Notes: a model not told the origin generated them from the sequence alone. 49,622 nucleotides of DNA from Octopus sinensis (GCF_006345805.1 NW_021835911.1:1-49622), one strand, 5' to 3'. Shown: positions 1-13,348, numbered from the stretch's first letter. Translations and numbers: made by a program.

Positions 1-53
1 TACACTTACCCATATTGTGTAACATACGGGAAGCCGATTACGTGAATGACTTA

Positions 54-65
54 GATGACGTCATC
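54..65. promoter_or_regulatory. Palindromic CRE-like site (gaTGACGTCAtc)
   Basis: Perfect 12-bp palindrome gatgacgtcatc containing TGACGTCA at 56-63; function not demonstrable from sequence. Confidence 0.3.
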
Positions 66-326
66 AAGTTTCTAAATTACCCTCTATTAGGATATTCTTA
101 GTTTTTTTTTGTTCATTATTTATTTCCTTTTGTTATTTTATTCAGTGTTGGTTTGTTGTTTTTTTCCTTTCTATTTTTCTTTTTTGTTTCTTTCTTTTTC
201 TCCGCTCTCCTCTCTCCTCTCCTTTTACAGCCATGGTTTTGACACAAAAGCGACATCACACCTTTGTGTATTATTTCTTGGTTTTGCAGCTGCAGCTCCA
301 CCGGAAGTCAATTGTTGTGTAGAACA

Positions 327-749
327 TTATATATATATATATATATAAATAAATATATTTATATATATATATATACATGTGTGTATACATATATAAGTCT
401 ATATATATATATGTATATATATATATATAAAATGTACATGTATGTATGCATGTGTGTGTGTATATATATATATGTATGTATGTATCGTACACCTACGTAA
501 TTTATGAAAATAATATACGCACATATAAATATCCGGGCGTGTACACTTGTGTGTGTATGTGTGCGCATATAAATACATGTAGACATACAAAAACACACAC
601 AAACATAAAGATATAAATACATATACATATATATATATATATACATATAGGTATACACATACTTAACTTTAAAGACAGTGATATTGTTATGTGCGTGTAT
701 GAATGCGCGGGTACATATATATATATATATATATACATACATACATACA

Positions 750-780
<31 letters not shown>

Positions 781-800
781 CTGTGTGTGTATACATACAA
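327..800. repeat. Compound (AT)n/(AC)n/(ATAC)n microsatellite
   Basis: Directly visible dinucleotide and tetranucleotide runs. Confidence 0.95.
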
Positions 801-892
801 GCACACACACACACATAAAGAAGATTTCACACGCACAGTGAAACTGATAAATAATAACAGCAACAAAGGGAAGAACAAAGGAACATGGCACC

Positions 893-962
893 AGCAGCAG
901 TAGCAGCAGCAGTAGTAGTAGTAGTAATAGTAGTAGTATTAGTAGTATTAGTAGTATTAGTA

Positions 963-1001
<39 letters not shown>

Positions 1002-1081
1002 TAGTAGTAGTAGTAGTAGTAGTAATAGTAGTAGTATTAGTAGTATTAGTAGTATTAGTAGTAGTAGTAGTGGTAGTAGTG

Positions 1082-1115
<34 letters not shown>

Positions 1116-1170
1116 AAGTAGTAGTAGTAGTAGTAGTAATGGTGGTGGTGGTGGTGGTGGTATTGGTGTT
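893..1170. repeat. (TAG)n/(TGG)n trinucleotide microsatellite
   Basis: Direct inspection. Confidence 0.95.
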
Positions 1171-1519
1171 GAACCTTCCTCCCAGATTTCACGTGGAATA
1201 TATATATATATATGTAACAAACATTTAAGACGAAAAAGAAAAAAAAAAGAAAACAAAGAAAAAAGAAAATAGAGCGAAGCCCTTTGTACAAACAGCCAAC
1301 TCTAAACATCTCCAACCGAAAGACCGTTCCACACACATCGACAAGAACTGTTACAACCAGTTAAAATAACAAACATTACTTGTGTAGTTTGCTGTTTATG
1401 TTACAAATCATTCTCCATTGTATTTACCTGTCTTTGTTGCCGTTCTTAAAGCTAGAGAGAGAGAGGGGGGAAGAGAGAGAGAGAAAGAGAGAGAGAGGGG
1501 GAGAGAGAGGGCCGTGTGG

Positions 1520-1923
1520 TATTTTGGTGGTGGTGGTGGTGGTGGTGATGGTGGCGGCGGCGGCCGTGGTGGTATTAGATGCGCTGATGTTAGTGATGAT
1601 GATAGTTATACTGGTGATGGAGAGAGCAGCGTCGGGTGTAATGATGATGGTGTTGTTGTTGTTCATGTTGTAGTTGTTGTTGTCGTTGTTGTTGTTGTTG
1701 TCGTCGTTGTTGTTGTTGTTGGTGGTGGTGGTGGTGGTGGTGGTGGAGATGGGCGTGCTGCTTTGAAGCATATTTCAGTCGAAGGAATCGACCTCAGTTC
1801 TTTTTAAAAAAAAAATTGTTTAAGCCTGCTACTTATTCTATCATTTCATTTTGCCAAACTTCTACCTCAAAGGGACATAAACTCACCGACACCGGTTGCC
1901 AAGCACACACACACACACACACA

Positions 1924-1961
<38 letters not shown>

Positions 1962-2425
1962 ATGGATATACGACGGGGTTCTTTCATTTTCCGTTTACCA
2001 AATCCACAATACTTTGTTCGTTCGATGCTATTGTAGAAGACATGTGGCCAAGATGCCATGCAGTGCGATTGAACCCAGAACCATGTGGTTGGGAAGCCAC
2101 GTCTGTTATTATTTGGGCTGGCGGGGGTTGATGACGATGGTCATGTTGTTGTTGTTGCTGTTGTTGTTGTTGTTGGTGGTGGTGTTGGTGGTGGTGGTGG
2201 TGGTTGTAGTGGTGGTGGTGGTGGTGGTTGTAGTGGTGGTGGTGGTGGTGTTGGTGGTGGTGGTGGTGGCTGTTGTGGTAGTTGTGGTGGTGGTGGTTGT
2301 GGTGGTGGTGGTTGTGGTGGTGGTGGTGGTGATGGTGGTGATGGTGGTGGTGGTGGTGGTGGTTGTAGTGTTGGTGGTGGTTGTGATGGTGGTGGTGGTG
2401 GTTGCGTCGATGCTGAAGTGGTTGG
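1520..2425. repeat. Two (GGT)n/(GTT)n microsatellite blocks (about 1520-1750 and 2130-2425)
   Basis: Direct inspection. Confidence 0.9.
1965..2103 (-). mobile_element. SINE family A, degenerate head fragment
   Basis: Reverse complement of the family A head (ggttc..agtccc-like B box, ggcaccttgggcaag, gtggatttggtagacggaaa) as seen at 19435. Confidence 0.65.
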
Positions 2426-3698
2426 TGATAATTAATTTGCTGCTGGTGTCAGTGATGGAGGCTGCGGTGGCGGCGTCAATTTAAGATGGCATTGTTGAGG
2501 TTGGTGGTATTATGATGGTAAATGGTTTTGTCATAGGAACCGCGGAATATTTTAGGATTAACAGAGGGGCATGGAAAGTGGCTTTTCAGGGAATATGATG
2601 GCGGGGTCATACCTGAGATGTTTTGAGATATGTCCCACAATACTCCGCCAAGAATCTCTGTACCTTGTTAGCTTTAGTAGATCCTAATATTTGATAGCGG
2701 ACTTCCGTAGCTATTCAATGTTTGAAACAAGTAAAAGAGTATATGTACCCGCACATTCAATGTCTATCTCTCTCTCTCTCTCTCCCTCCCTCTCTCTCTC
2801 TCTCTCCCTCTCTTTCTCTCTCTCTCTCTCTCAGACACACATACACACAACAACATCTCTGTTTTTAAACTTACGTATGTATATACCTATATATATATGT
2901 ATTTATATCTTTACACGCTATGTTGCTGAGTTGTCTTTTTCCTCTTTTAAGGTTCGGATGTCCCCAAAATATAACGTCCAGCAGGGCTTACTTATATTAG
3001 AAATGGACGGAATCAGCGCTTGATTAAAAGCACAACAGAACTTATAAATTGGTTTACAGTGCAAAAAAAAAAAAAATTACTTTAAACTTGTTAAAAATAT
3101 TATTCGAAGTAATTTATACGATCGGAGATATAATTTTGATGTGGTCATGGTGTTATGGCGAGGACCAGATCAAAGTCTCTACCATCAAAAAAAAAAAAAA
3201 AAGAGAAAAGAAAAGCAGTAACCTTCTGAAATATAAACATTATTTTCCATCTTACTCATTTGAAAAGTAAAAAATTATTTTATGGTTTATTATGGTTCAT
3301 ATTTCGAATTACATATATATGGCGGTTGGTGGGGAGACCAACATCTTTTAAGTGCTTAGGGCCTCTGTGGGTATTAATCTGGACTTGGGTTGAATGTCTG
3401 CTTCCATCTCCTGTTTCGACATGCGTTCATGTTATGAGATGTTCTGAATCCTTGTAGCATTAAAACTATATTGAAGTTCTTTCTTCATAGGCCAATTGCA
3501 TAGAATTTGCTTTTCTTAGCATGCAGCTGTAGAGCATGGTAATATAATTACCGTAGAGGTATAGAATTTAATGGTGTGGAATTTTTGCCATGTCTTGGTT
3601 TCTGTGCCTATTCTCATATATGGTTATTAGGAATATTGAATAATGCCCGAAAGAGCACCATCACGAATACAAGCGACCGAAGTTGGGTTCCTCTAAAG

Positions 3699-4047
3699 CA
3701 GGGGTTCTCAACAATCATTTAATCTATAGACGTCTTTAATTACTATTTTATTCTGGGGTCTTCCATAGCTATTCAATGTTTAAAAACTAGTTTTATAAAA
3801 ACTTCCTACAAAATCCCTATTTTGTGTTCCAAACATAAACTTGTGTAGGTTGATCTACGTCAACGTTTAGAGAAAGAAACATCGCTGCTTCTTGCAATAC
3901 ATAACCAATAAATGCATCTAAAGCTACAGATATTCAGAGGCCCTTAAAATACTCTTACGGATCCCCAATTTAATATTTTGTTGCATGGACACCACAAAGT
4001 ATTATATGGCCCCATATGGCCATATGGAACCCTGTTGAGATCCACTG
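3699..4047. mobile_element. hAT-superfamily (Charlie-like) MITE, about 350 bp
   Basis: 14-bp TIRs CAGGGGTTCTCAAC / GTTGAGATCCACTG (2 mismatches); 8-bp flanks ctctaaag / cattaaag (6 of 8 match), consistent with a hAT TSD. Confidence 0.8.
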
Positions 4048-4287
4048 CATTAAAGGGTCTTTGGAGTAACTCAAAAGGATGCGTGGCTTGGAAATTGCCG
4101 AGTCACGCGAGAACATGTCCCTACTTCTCCACATTGAGAGGTCACAACACTGATACTGCGAACATGTGATCAAAAGGACGCAGAAAAGAATAGCAAGACA
4201 GACTCTTCGAGCCAAACCAATTAGTAGGAGGCCTAGGAGCAAACGAAGAATCAGATTGACAATCAATATCCATAGACATACTTGCTC

Positions 4288-4772
<485 letters not shown>

Positions 4773-5201
4773 TCACGCTCGAGAATGCAACTAGAAACAG
4801 CAATGACGGCCGCTTCGGATAGGACCCTATTGACTCTTCCTCCAACTCTTAGAACCCCTCCCAAGAATAGTGGGCGAATAAAGGGATTGCATGAAAACAA
4901 AAAACAAAAACAAAAACAAAACAACGAATATTTGACAAGATTCCTCAAGAAAATTTTCTTTGACGTGTTTCCTTGTTTCTTCTGCATCAATCTGTTTTGC
5001 TACTGCCTGGTTTAATTTTTATCTCTGTAAAGGTTAATTAAATAACTATCAGTCATTTATTAGAATCACTTCAAATCAATTACCTATGACCTTTGCTTCT
5101 TATAATTTCAGGCTTTGTGCCAACGTAAGAAATCGATAATTACATGCTTCAATTATAAATTTTGTTGATAGCGAAGAAGAAGAAGCAAGAAATGGCCTTA
5201 C

Positions 5202-5368
5202 AGGCGCTGGTATGGCTCTGTTGTAAAGGAACTGGCTTTATAGTAAGGGGGTTTCAGATTCAGTCCCACGGTGAGGCATCTTGAAAAAGCGTCTTCGACT
5301 ATTGGCCCGGGGTGACTAATGCCGTGTGAGTGAATTCAATAAATGTAAACCGTGTCGAAGTCCATTGT
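5202..5368 (+). mobile_element. SINE family A, old head fragment
   Basis: ggcgctgg..gattcagtcccacggtgaggcatcttg..gtgagtgaatt aligns by eye to the family A head. Confidence 0.55.
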
Positions 5369-5444
5369 ATACAGACATACATACATACATACATACATAC
5401 ATACATACATACACACATACATACATGCATACATACATACATAC

Positions 5445-5546
<102 letters not shown>

Positions 5547-5571
5547 ATATATATATAATATTGATAGAAAT

Positions 5572-5706
5572 GGTAAGACAACAAAAGAATGAAAGAGACC
5601 TCGACATTATGTAAACAGAGGAATTTATTGTAAATATATGTGAAAATTATTCGGTGGCCATGATAAGACTCGGAGTTTTATCATGGCTACCGAGTAATTC
5701 TCACAT
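5572..5706 (-). mobile_element. HHR family 3 element tail with fold-back inversion
   Basis: gacaacaaaagaatgaa.gagacctcga..ttatgtaaa.agaggaattt shared with 47655-47760; 27-bp hairpin at 5645-5699. Confidence 0.7.
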
Positions 5707-5736
5707 TATATTTACACACACAGACACACACACACA

Positions 5737-5806
<70 letters not shown>

Positions 5807-5980
5807 CTTTATTTAAAAGCAGCAGAAATTAACAAAACTGTCCGACGAACGGGAACGTGAAGCTCCGAGTAACAGGTTTTGTTGAATTTCTGCTGCTTTT
5901 AAATAAAGCATATTACTCTACCCCTGGTATTTGAGTACTCTTTTTTCCAGCTTGTTTCACAATTATGTGTTTACTCCGGT
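5807..5980 (+). mobile_element. HHR family 2 short element inserted in (TA)n
   Basis: About 30-bp inverted arms (5807-5838 / 5876-5908) enclose an HHR-like core; tail aaataaagcatattactcta..tttactccg shared with 45080 and 46071. Confidence 0.75.
5838..5875 (+). ncRNA. Hammerhead-like motif, CCGACGA core (A15.1>G in this copy)
   Basis: ctgt CCGACGA acg ggaa cgt GAAG ctc c gag TA acag. Confidence 0.55.
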
Positions 5981-5991
5981 ATATATATATA

Positions 5992-6388
5992 TCTTTATAT
6001 ATAAAAGTGAGGTTGTGTGCTGTCTGTCTCCTACGATTTAGATTCCTAACTACTCCCACATTTTGCGGTGCAGTTTAACCAAAACCGGGTATCTTATAGT
6101 CGTGATTCATATCGAGCCTTTCTGGGTATTAGCGCGCGTCTACGATGAATCTACGATTTCAAAAAAAAATTACCATCAATTTTTCCCATTTTTAATGCAT
6201 TTTTGGCATATATAAGGGAAGTAACTCTCTAAAAATTTATTAAATCTCAGAACGTAAAAAGCTATAGTAACCGCCCCCCCCCCTTTGTGTTTAACCATAT
6301 TGAGATGGTTATTATACTTTACATCTCTAAAAATGCTTATATAGTTATTTCCTTTACAAACCCGAGCAACGCCGGGCGATACTGCTAG
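5992..6388 (+). mobile_element. Non-autonomous Helitron
   Basis: 5' TC, 3' CTAG, subterminal GC hairpin cccgagcaacgccggg (6361-6376), inserted between A and T with no TSD; second copy at 43023-43421. Confidence 0.85.
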
Positions 6389-6417
<29 letters not shown>

Positions 6418-6419
<2 letters not shown>

Positions 6420-6590
6420 CGGATTCTACTCAGTTTCCATTAACTAAATTCATTTACAAGGCAATAGCTGGCCAGGGACTACAGTACAAAAAAAAAAGGA
6501 AAGGAAAATTGACACAATGTGCTTTGCAATGGAGTTGAACCCGAAACCACGTCGTTGCAAAGCGAGAATTTTTACCATATAAACATGGCT
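6418..6590 (-). mobile_element. SINE family A, old head fragment
   Basis: gacggattctactcagtttcc..gttgaacccgaaaccacgt is the reverse complement of the family A head. Confidence 0.5.
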
Positions 6591-7136
6591 ATGAAAGCTA
6601 TAATGAAAATAGTCATGGCAGTGCTATTTCTTGTTGATGTTATTGTTGTTGCTGCTGACGAAACAGATGGTGCTGATGGAGGTTTTGGTAGCGGTGGTAG
6701 TGACGGCGCAGGCTTTGGTAAAGTTATTAGAAAACGCAATGATAACAACAACAACAACAAGAGCAACAACCACAACAAAAACAAGCATAGAAACAGAAAC
6801 GTAGAGCAGAGTCGGGATTAATGAAATAGGGAAGAGGTAATGAGATATGACAATATCACTGATCCTTGGTGCTATGTGATACGGTTCACGGAAGATAAGT
6901 TACTCTCGAAACGATAAACGATAAACGAACCGACTAGTGGAATGTTTTAGACTCTCACTAAACCCCATCTGCAGCGCGCTTTAGATTGGCGTTAAAAATA
7001 TGCGTATGCCGGGTCCGCTTTGTGTGTATGTGTGCATTAGTGCATGTCTATATGTATAAGTTAGTGTGTATGTGTATCTGCATGCACATATAAATATGAG
7101 CATATATATATACATATATATATACATACATATATC

Positions 7137-7174
<38 letters not shown>

Positions 7175-7395
7175 ATATATAATATATATATATATTTATA
7201 TATTTATATATAATATAAATAATATATGCATATATACATACACATATGTACATACCTACATACATATTTATATATACATGTATATAAGGGCACGGGACAT
7301 AAAAAAACGTAGACACACTGAGAGACGAAAACATAAAAAAACAATATATATATATATATATATACATACATATTTATATATATATATACATATAC

Positions 7396-7454
<59 letters not shown>

Positions 7455-7580
7455 ATATATAATTATATATATAGAGAGAGAGAGAGAGAGAGATATCGCA
7501 TATAGAGAAAAGCAGATATATATGTATCTAAATGAATATATACATATATATATGCATATATATATATATATATATATATT

Positions 7581-7996
7581 CTTTACTCTTTTACTCCTTT
7601 ATTTGTTTCAGTCACTTGACTGCAGCCATGCTGGAGCAGCTTACGTTCAGCAAATCGATCGGAGGACTTATTCTTTCTAAGCGTAGTACTTATTCTATCG
7701 GACTCTCTTGCTGATCCGCTAGATTACGGGGGCGTAAATACACAAGCATCGGTGGTCAAGCGATGTTGGGGGGAGGGGCCAGGACAAACCGACACACAAA
7801 CATATACACACACATACATATACTTATATATATATATATATATATACACGACGGGTTTCTTCCAGTTTCCGTCTACGAAATCCATTGGTCGGCCCGAAGC
7901 TATAGTAGAAGCCAGCCAAGGTGCCACGCAGTGGGACTGAGCCCTGTGCCATGTGATTGGTAGGCAAGATACATACAATACAGCCACTCCTGCGCG
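7581..7996 (-). mobile_element. SINE family A, full length
   Basis: Reverse complement of head (gcgcaggagtggctg), internal (AT/AC)n, 3' module and gtaaaagagtaaaag tail. Confidence 0.85.
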
Positions 7997-8271
7997 CAAA
8001 TATATATATATATATAACATATATTCAAACAAACGTAACATATAATACAATATACATATGTATAAAAACATATGTTTGTGCGTGTATATATATGTGAATA
8101 TATGTGTAATTTGTGTGCGTGTTTGTGTGTATAAGATTCTGTGCGCGCGCATGTGTAAGCGTTCGCTACTTTCGTTATCTGTCGAGTATATTTTTATTTC
8201 ATTTCTTTTCTTTATTCTTTGTATCTTTCCAATTGGCTTTCACTAATATTATTCTAACACAGAATAAGAAC

Positions 8272-8347
<76 letters not shown>

Positions 8348-8354
<7 letters not shown>

Positions 8355-8730
8355 ATCAGGCAAACAGACGGGTGATCCTAGACTGACGCACACACACGTG
8401 CGCGATCACACACGCACGTGTAGGAAACGACACACACACACACGCAATCACATGCGCACACACATCATCCGTAATACACACGACACACATAAAAATGAAT
8501 TACGTTCCTTTAACGCACATTATTGTATTTATAGCCACAAAGATTCACACGTACACAGTTTTCCATTCTTGCCATTTGCCGTTTCATTTTCCTCGTTCCC
8601 TTTCTGCCTACCACTTCCCACTCTTTCCTTCTGTTTTCCGTCTGACAGTTTGTCTGTCTTCCTGTCTCTCTGTATGAAGTTAGGGAGGTACATAATCGTG
8701 TATGTATATGTATGTGTGTATATAAGTATT

Positions 8731-8773
<43 letters not shown>

Positions 8774-9421
8774 AAACTTATATACAAAGAACGTGAAATT
8801 CACGAATTGACAACACGGAAAACGGACAGTAATTCAGATATATATATATATAAACAAATCAAATTGCGATAAAATAAAAATAATTATAATCGCTGGTATT
8901 ACTAACACAAGCCATATATTTTTCATATATCAGTACATTAAGGCGAAATATGTGCTAGGAATACAGAAGCTTGATAAATTAAGTGAAATGAAGATAAAAA
9001 CATTTACTAAACCGGTAATTCTCAGACTGCAGTTTCTTTCTTTTCACCAATAAAGATAATTTATTTGCTCAGGGAGAATTCTTCAGTGAGACCCTGTTTT
9101 TCTGAGATCCTAACTCACTAGAAGCATGTGCTTCTAATGATTTACTCTCCCTAACTAATCATATCACTGCGCAGACTCCGAACGTCCCGACAAAACTAGG
9201 GAATTCTGGTATATCGGCTGGCGCTCATAATTTATCGAGAAATATGTAAACAAATCAAATTGCGATAAAATAAAAATAATTATAATCGCTGGTATTACTA
9301 ACACAAGCCATATATTTTTCATATATCAGTACATTAAGGCGAAATATGTGCTAGGAATACAGAAGCTTGATAAATTAAGTGAAATGAAGATAAAAACATT
9401 TACTAAACCGGTAATTCTATA

Positions 9422-9485
<64 letters not shown>

Positions 9486-9730
9486 TCATATGTATGTATG
9501 TATTATGTATGTATGTATGTATGTATGTATGTTTGTATGTATGTATGTATGAATGTATATATGTGTGTATAATGTAGGGAGGTAGGGTAAAAACCACAGC
9601 TGGTTCCACTTCAAGTACATCTACTTATTTCTATTATCTCAATCCAATTATGGATTGGCGATTACATAATATCCACATATTTTCCAACTTCCTGTTTTGT
9701 CATTATATATATATATATATATATATATAT

Positions 9731-9780
<50 letters not shown>

Positions 9781-10162
9781 CACACATCAGGCAAACAGAC
9801 GGGTGATCCTAGACTGACGCACACACACGTGCGCGATCACACACGCACGTGTAGGAAACGGACACACACACACACACGCAATCACATGCGCACACACATC
9901 ATCCGTAATACACACGACACACATAAAAATGAATTACGTTCCTTTAACGCACATTATTGTATTTATAGCCACAAGATTCACACGTACACAGTTTTCCATT
10001 CTTGCCATTTGCCGTTTCATTTTCCTCGTTCCCTTTCTGCCTACCACTTCCCACTCTTTCCTTCTGTTTTCGTCTGACAGTTTGTCTGTCTTCCTGTCTC
10101 TCTGTATGAAGTTAGGGAGGTACATAATCGTGTATGTATATGTATGTGTGTATATAAGTATT

Positions 10163-10205
<43 letters not shown>

Positions 10206-10854
10206 AAACTTATATACAAAGAACGTGAAATTCACGAATTGACAAACACGGAAAACGGACAGTAATTCAGATATATATATATATAAACAAATCAAATTGC
10301 GATAAAATAAAAATAATTATAATCGCTGGTATTACTAACACAAGCCATATATTTTTCATATATCAGTACATTAAGGCGAAATATGTGCTAGGAATACAGA
10401 AGCTTGATAAATTAAGTGAAATGAAGATAAAAACATTTACTAAACCGGTAATTCTCAGACTGCAGTTTCTTTCTTTTCACCAATAAAGATAATTTATTTG
10501 CTCAGGGAGAATTCTTCAGTGAGACCCTGTTTTTCTGAGATCCTAACTCACTAGAAGCATGTGCTTCTAATGATTTACTCTCCCTAACTAATCATATCAC
10601 TGCGCAGACTCCGAACGTCCCGACAAAACTAGGGAATTCTGGTATATCGGCTGGCGCTCATAATTTATCGAGAAATATGTAAACAAATCAAATTGCGATA
10701 AAATAAAAATAATTATAATCGCTGGTATTACTAACACAAGCCATATATTTTTCATATATCAGTACATTAAGGCGAAATATGTGCTAGGAATACAGAAGCT
10801 TGATAAATTAAGTGAAATGAAGATAAAAACATTTACTAAACCGGTAATTCTATA

Positions 10855-10918
<64 letters not shown>

Positions 10919-11135
10919 TCATATGTATGTATGTATTATGTATGTATGTATGTATGTATGTATGTTTGTATGTATGTATGTATGAATGTATATATGTGTG
11001 TATAATGTAGGGAGGTAGGGTAAAAACCACAGCTGGTTCCACTTCAAGTACATCTACTTATTTCTATTATCTCAATCCAATTTATGGATTGGCGATTACA
11101 TAATATCCACATATTTTCCAACTTCCTGTTTTGTC

Positions 11136-11172
<37 letters not shown>
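8348..11172. repeat. Tandem duplication, unit about 1433 bp (8348-9780 / 9781-11172)
   Basis: Near-identical units offset by 1433 (e.g. 8851 vs 10284); boundaries fall in (AT)n. Confidence 0.9.
8851..9418. repeat. 172-bp direct repeat - 224-bp core - 172-bp direct repeat (also at 10284-10851)
   Basis: 8851-9022 appears identical to 9247-9418; flanked on both sides by (TA)n. Confidence 0.9.
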
Positions 11173-11175
<3 letters not shown>

Positions 11176-11321
11176 CGCATGAGTAGCTGTGGGGCAAGTA
11201 GCTTACTTACAAACCACATGGTTCCGGCTTCAGTCCCATTGCGTGGCACCTTGGGTAAGTGTTTTGTACTATAGCCTCGGGTCGACCAAAGACTTGTGAG
11301 TGGATTTGATAGACGGAAACT

Positions 11322-11358
<37 letters not shown>

Positions 11359-11435
11359 TTGTGTGTCTGTGTTTGTCCCCCCAACATCGCTTGACAATCG
11401 ATGCTAGTGTGTTTACGCCCCCGTAACTTAGCGTT
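11173..11435 (+). mobile_element. SINE family A, 3'-truncated
   Basis: aggcgcatgagtagctgtg..ggttccggcttcagtccc..gacaatcgatgctagtgtg. Confidence 0.8.
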
Positions 11436-11916
11436 CTTGTCCCATTTTGTATTTTATATATATATAGCAGCATACGTACACTTTGGTGTCTTATATGTAA
11501 GTATACATTTTTCTAAATCTTGTACGACTCTATTTCTGGCTATCAGCCCTTTCACGCTTATTCGTTTATTCCACTCTTCCTTCTTTTGTTTCCCCTTTAT
11601 CACATTCCTTACTTTCTCTTCTTACTCACTTTCCCTCCACCTTTCACTTCACTGTGTCCCTGTCATTTTTTATCGCCCCTCCTTAATTCTTCGGTTCCTC
11701 TACTTCTACTTCTCTCTCTTATCTTCCCACGTGACCGGCGTTCGGCCAAGCCTGTTCTTTCTTTCTTGGTCTGACTGTTATCCGTGCAACATCGATATTC
11801 CTCCCTGTGTTTGTGAAATCTAGTATCCCTGCCGTAAGGCGTCATTTCCACACACGCCAGCTTAATTTAATTCGTCCTTAGTCGACCTTGATTGACTTCA
11901 ATACAACCAAAGCAAG

Positions 11917-12062
<146 letters not shown>

Positions 12063-12181
12063 GGTTAGACAGACAGTTAGACGGAGACAGATTTATATTG
12101 ATATAGATGTATTTGTAACCATGCGAATATAAATACATGGATCTATGTCTGTGTATTCGTATAATAAAGTTCACATACATG

Positions 12182-12565
12182 GTGGAAGCACTCCGTCGGT
12201 TACGACGATGAGGGTTCCGGTTGATCCGATCAACGGAACAGCCTGCTCGTGAAATTAACGTGTAAGTGGCTGAGCACTCCACAGACACGTGTACCCTTAA
12301 CGTAGTTCTCGGGGATATTCAGCGTGACACAGAGAGTGACAAGGCCGGCCCTTTGAAATACAGTTACAACAGAAACAGGAAGTAAGAGTGAGAGAAAGTT
12401 GTGGTGAAAGAGTACAGCAGGGATCACCACCATCCCTGCCGGAGGCTCGTGGAGCTTTAGATGTTTTCGCTCAATAAACACTCACAACGCCCGGTCTGGG
12501 AATCGAAACCGCGATCCTACGACCGCGAGTCCGCTGCCCTAACCACTGGGCCATTGCGCCTCCAC
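12182..12565 (-). mobile_element. SINE family B (tRNA-derived head), full length
   Basis: Minus-strand head gtggaggcgcaatggcccagtggttagggcagcggactcgcggtcgtaggatcgcggtttcgattccc with A and B boxes; near-identical copy at 21004. Confidence 0.85.
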
Positions 12566-13348
12566 TCACATACATACACACTGTACACACGACACCCGAT
12601 TGAGTAAAATGCATTTGGCAACAACATTAATGAAATCGCATGTACGTGTGAATCGTACCGCCCTGTTGTTCGTGTATGTTTTTCATGCTTACAGGGAATT
12701 CCTTTTTTCCCTGTAGATATCATGCGAAAATCTAGCTAATACCGAAGTGATGCCGATACAGACATATGAAACCCACTACGGGATACTACTCACACATCTG
12801 GGATCCTAATGCTGTTGCTGCTACAGAAATAAGCAGCACAGACCGCAAATTAATACTGGTTATATTACTTACTATTTGTTTCTTTTTTGTTTTGGCTTTT
12901 TTAATTAAAAAATTTTTTTTTTTTTTTTGCTTTCGGTCATATATGTACTTTTGCCTGTGCATTTCTGACCTGGGCTGAAGCGACCCTGTTTAAACAATCT
13001 GCTCCTGATGAGCTCCCTCTCCAGCTCCATATTGATACCGAGCTTAGAGCGGGGACCCGATCGTCACAGAAGACCGAATACCAGGATTCCCATCCGCAAA
13101 ACGGGACAACCAGCCAAGCCTCGGAGTTCAATAGCTGAATAGCTCACCTCTCTTTTGTGTTTATGCGTTTATGCGAATGTGCAAGTGTGTAATGCTGGAA
13201 GATGACCACTTCCAAAAGCGTCTTTTGTTTGAATCTGATGTGTGAGTATGAATCGTTGATACTTGATAAAAGACAAAACAACACATTCCATATTTACTGT
13301 CTGCAATATAAACATAAAATGATTTGAAAGAACAAAATTCTTCATACA

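Noticed and set aside
2951-3022. Possible exon after the acceptor ttttcctcttttaag
   Set aside because: All frames stop within about 70 nt, there is no donor, and the product is not recognisable
9150-9246. HDV-like ribozyme in the core of the 172-224-172 element
   Set aside because: A trial fold lacks the G1 pair and the GG needed for P1.1
12766-12830. KPTTGYYSHIWD resembling the LINE RT C-terminal RP.LEYCS.IW motif
   Set aside because: Too short, with no flanking RT similarity visible; needs a profile search
13000-13050. CTGATGA GCTC...GAGC as a hammerhead
   Set aside because: No GAAA after the putative stem II, and no stem I or III
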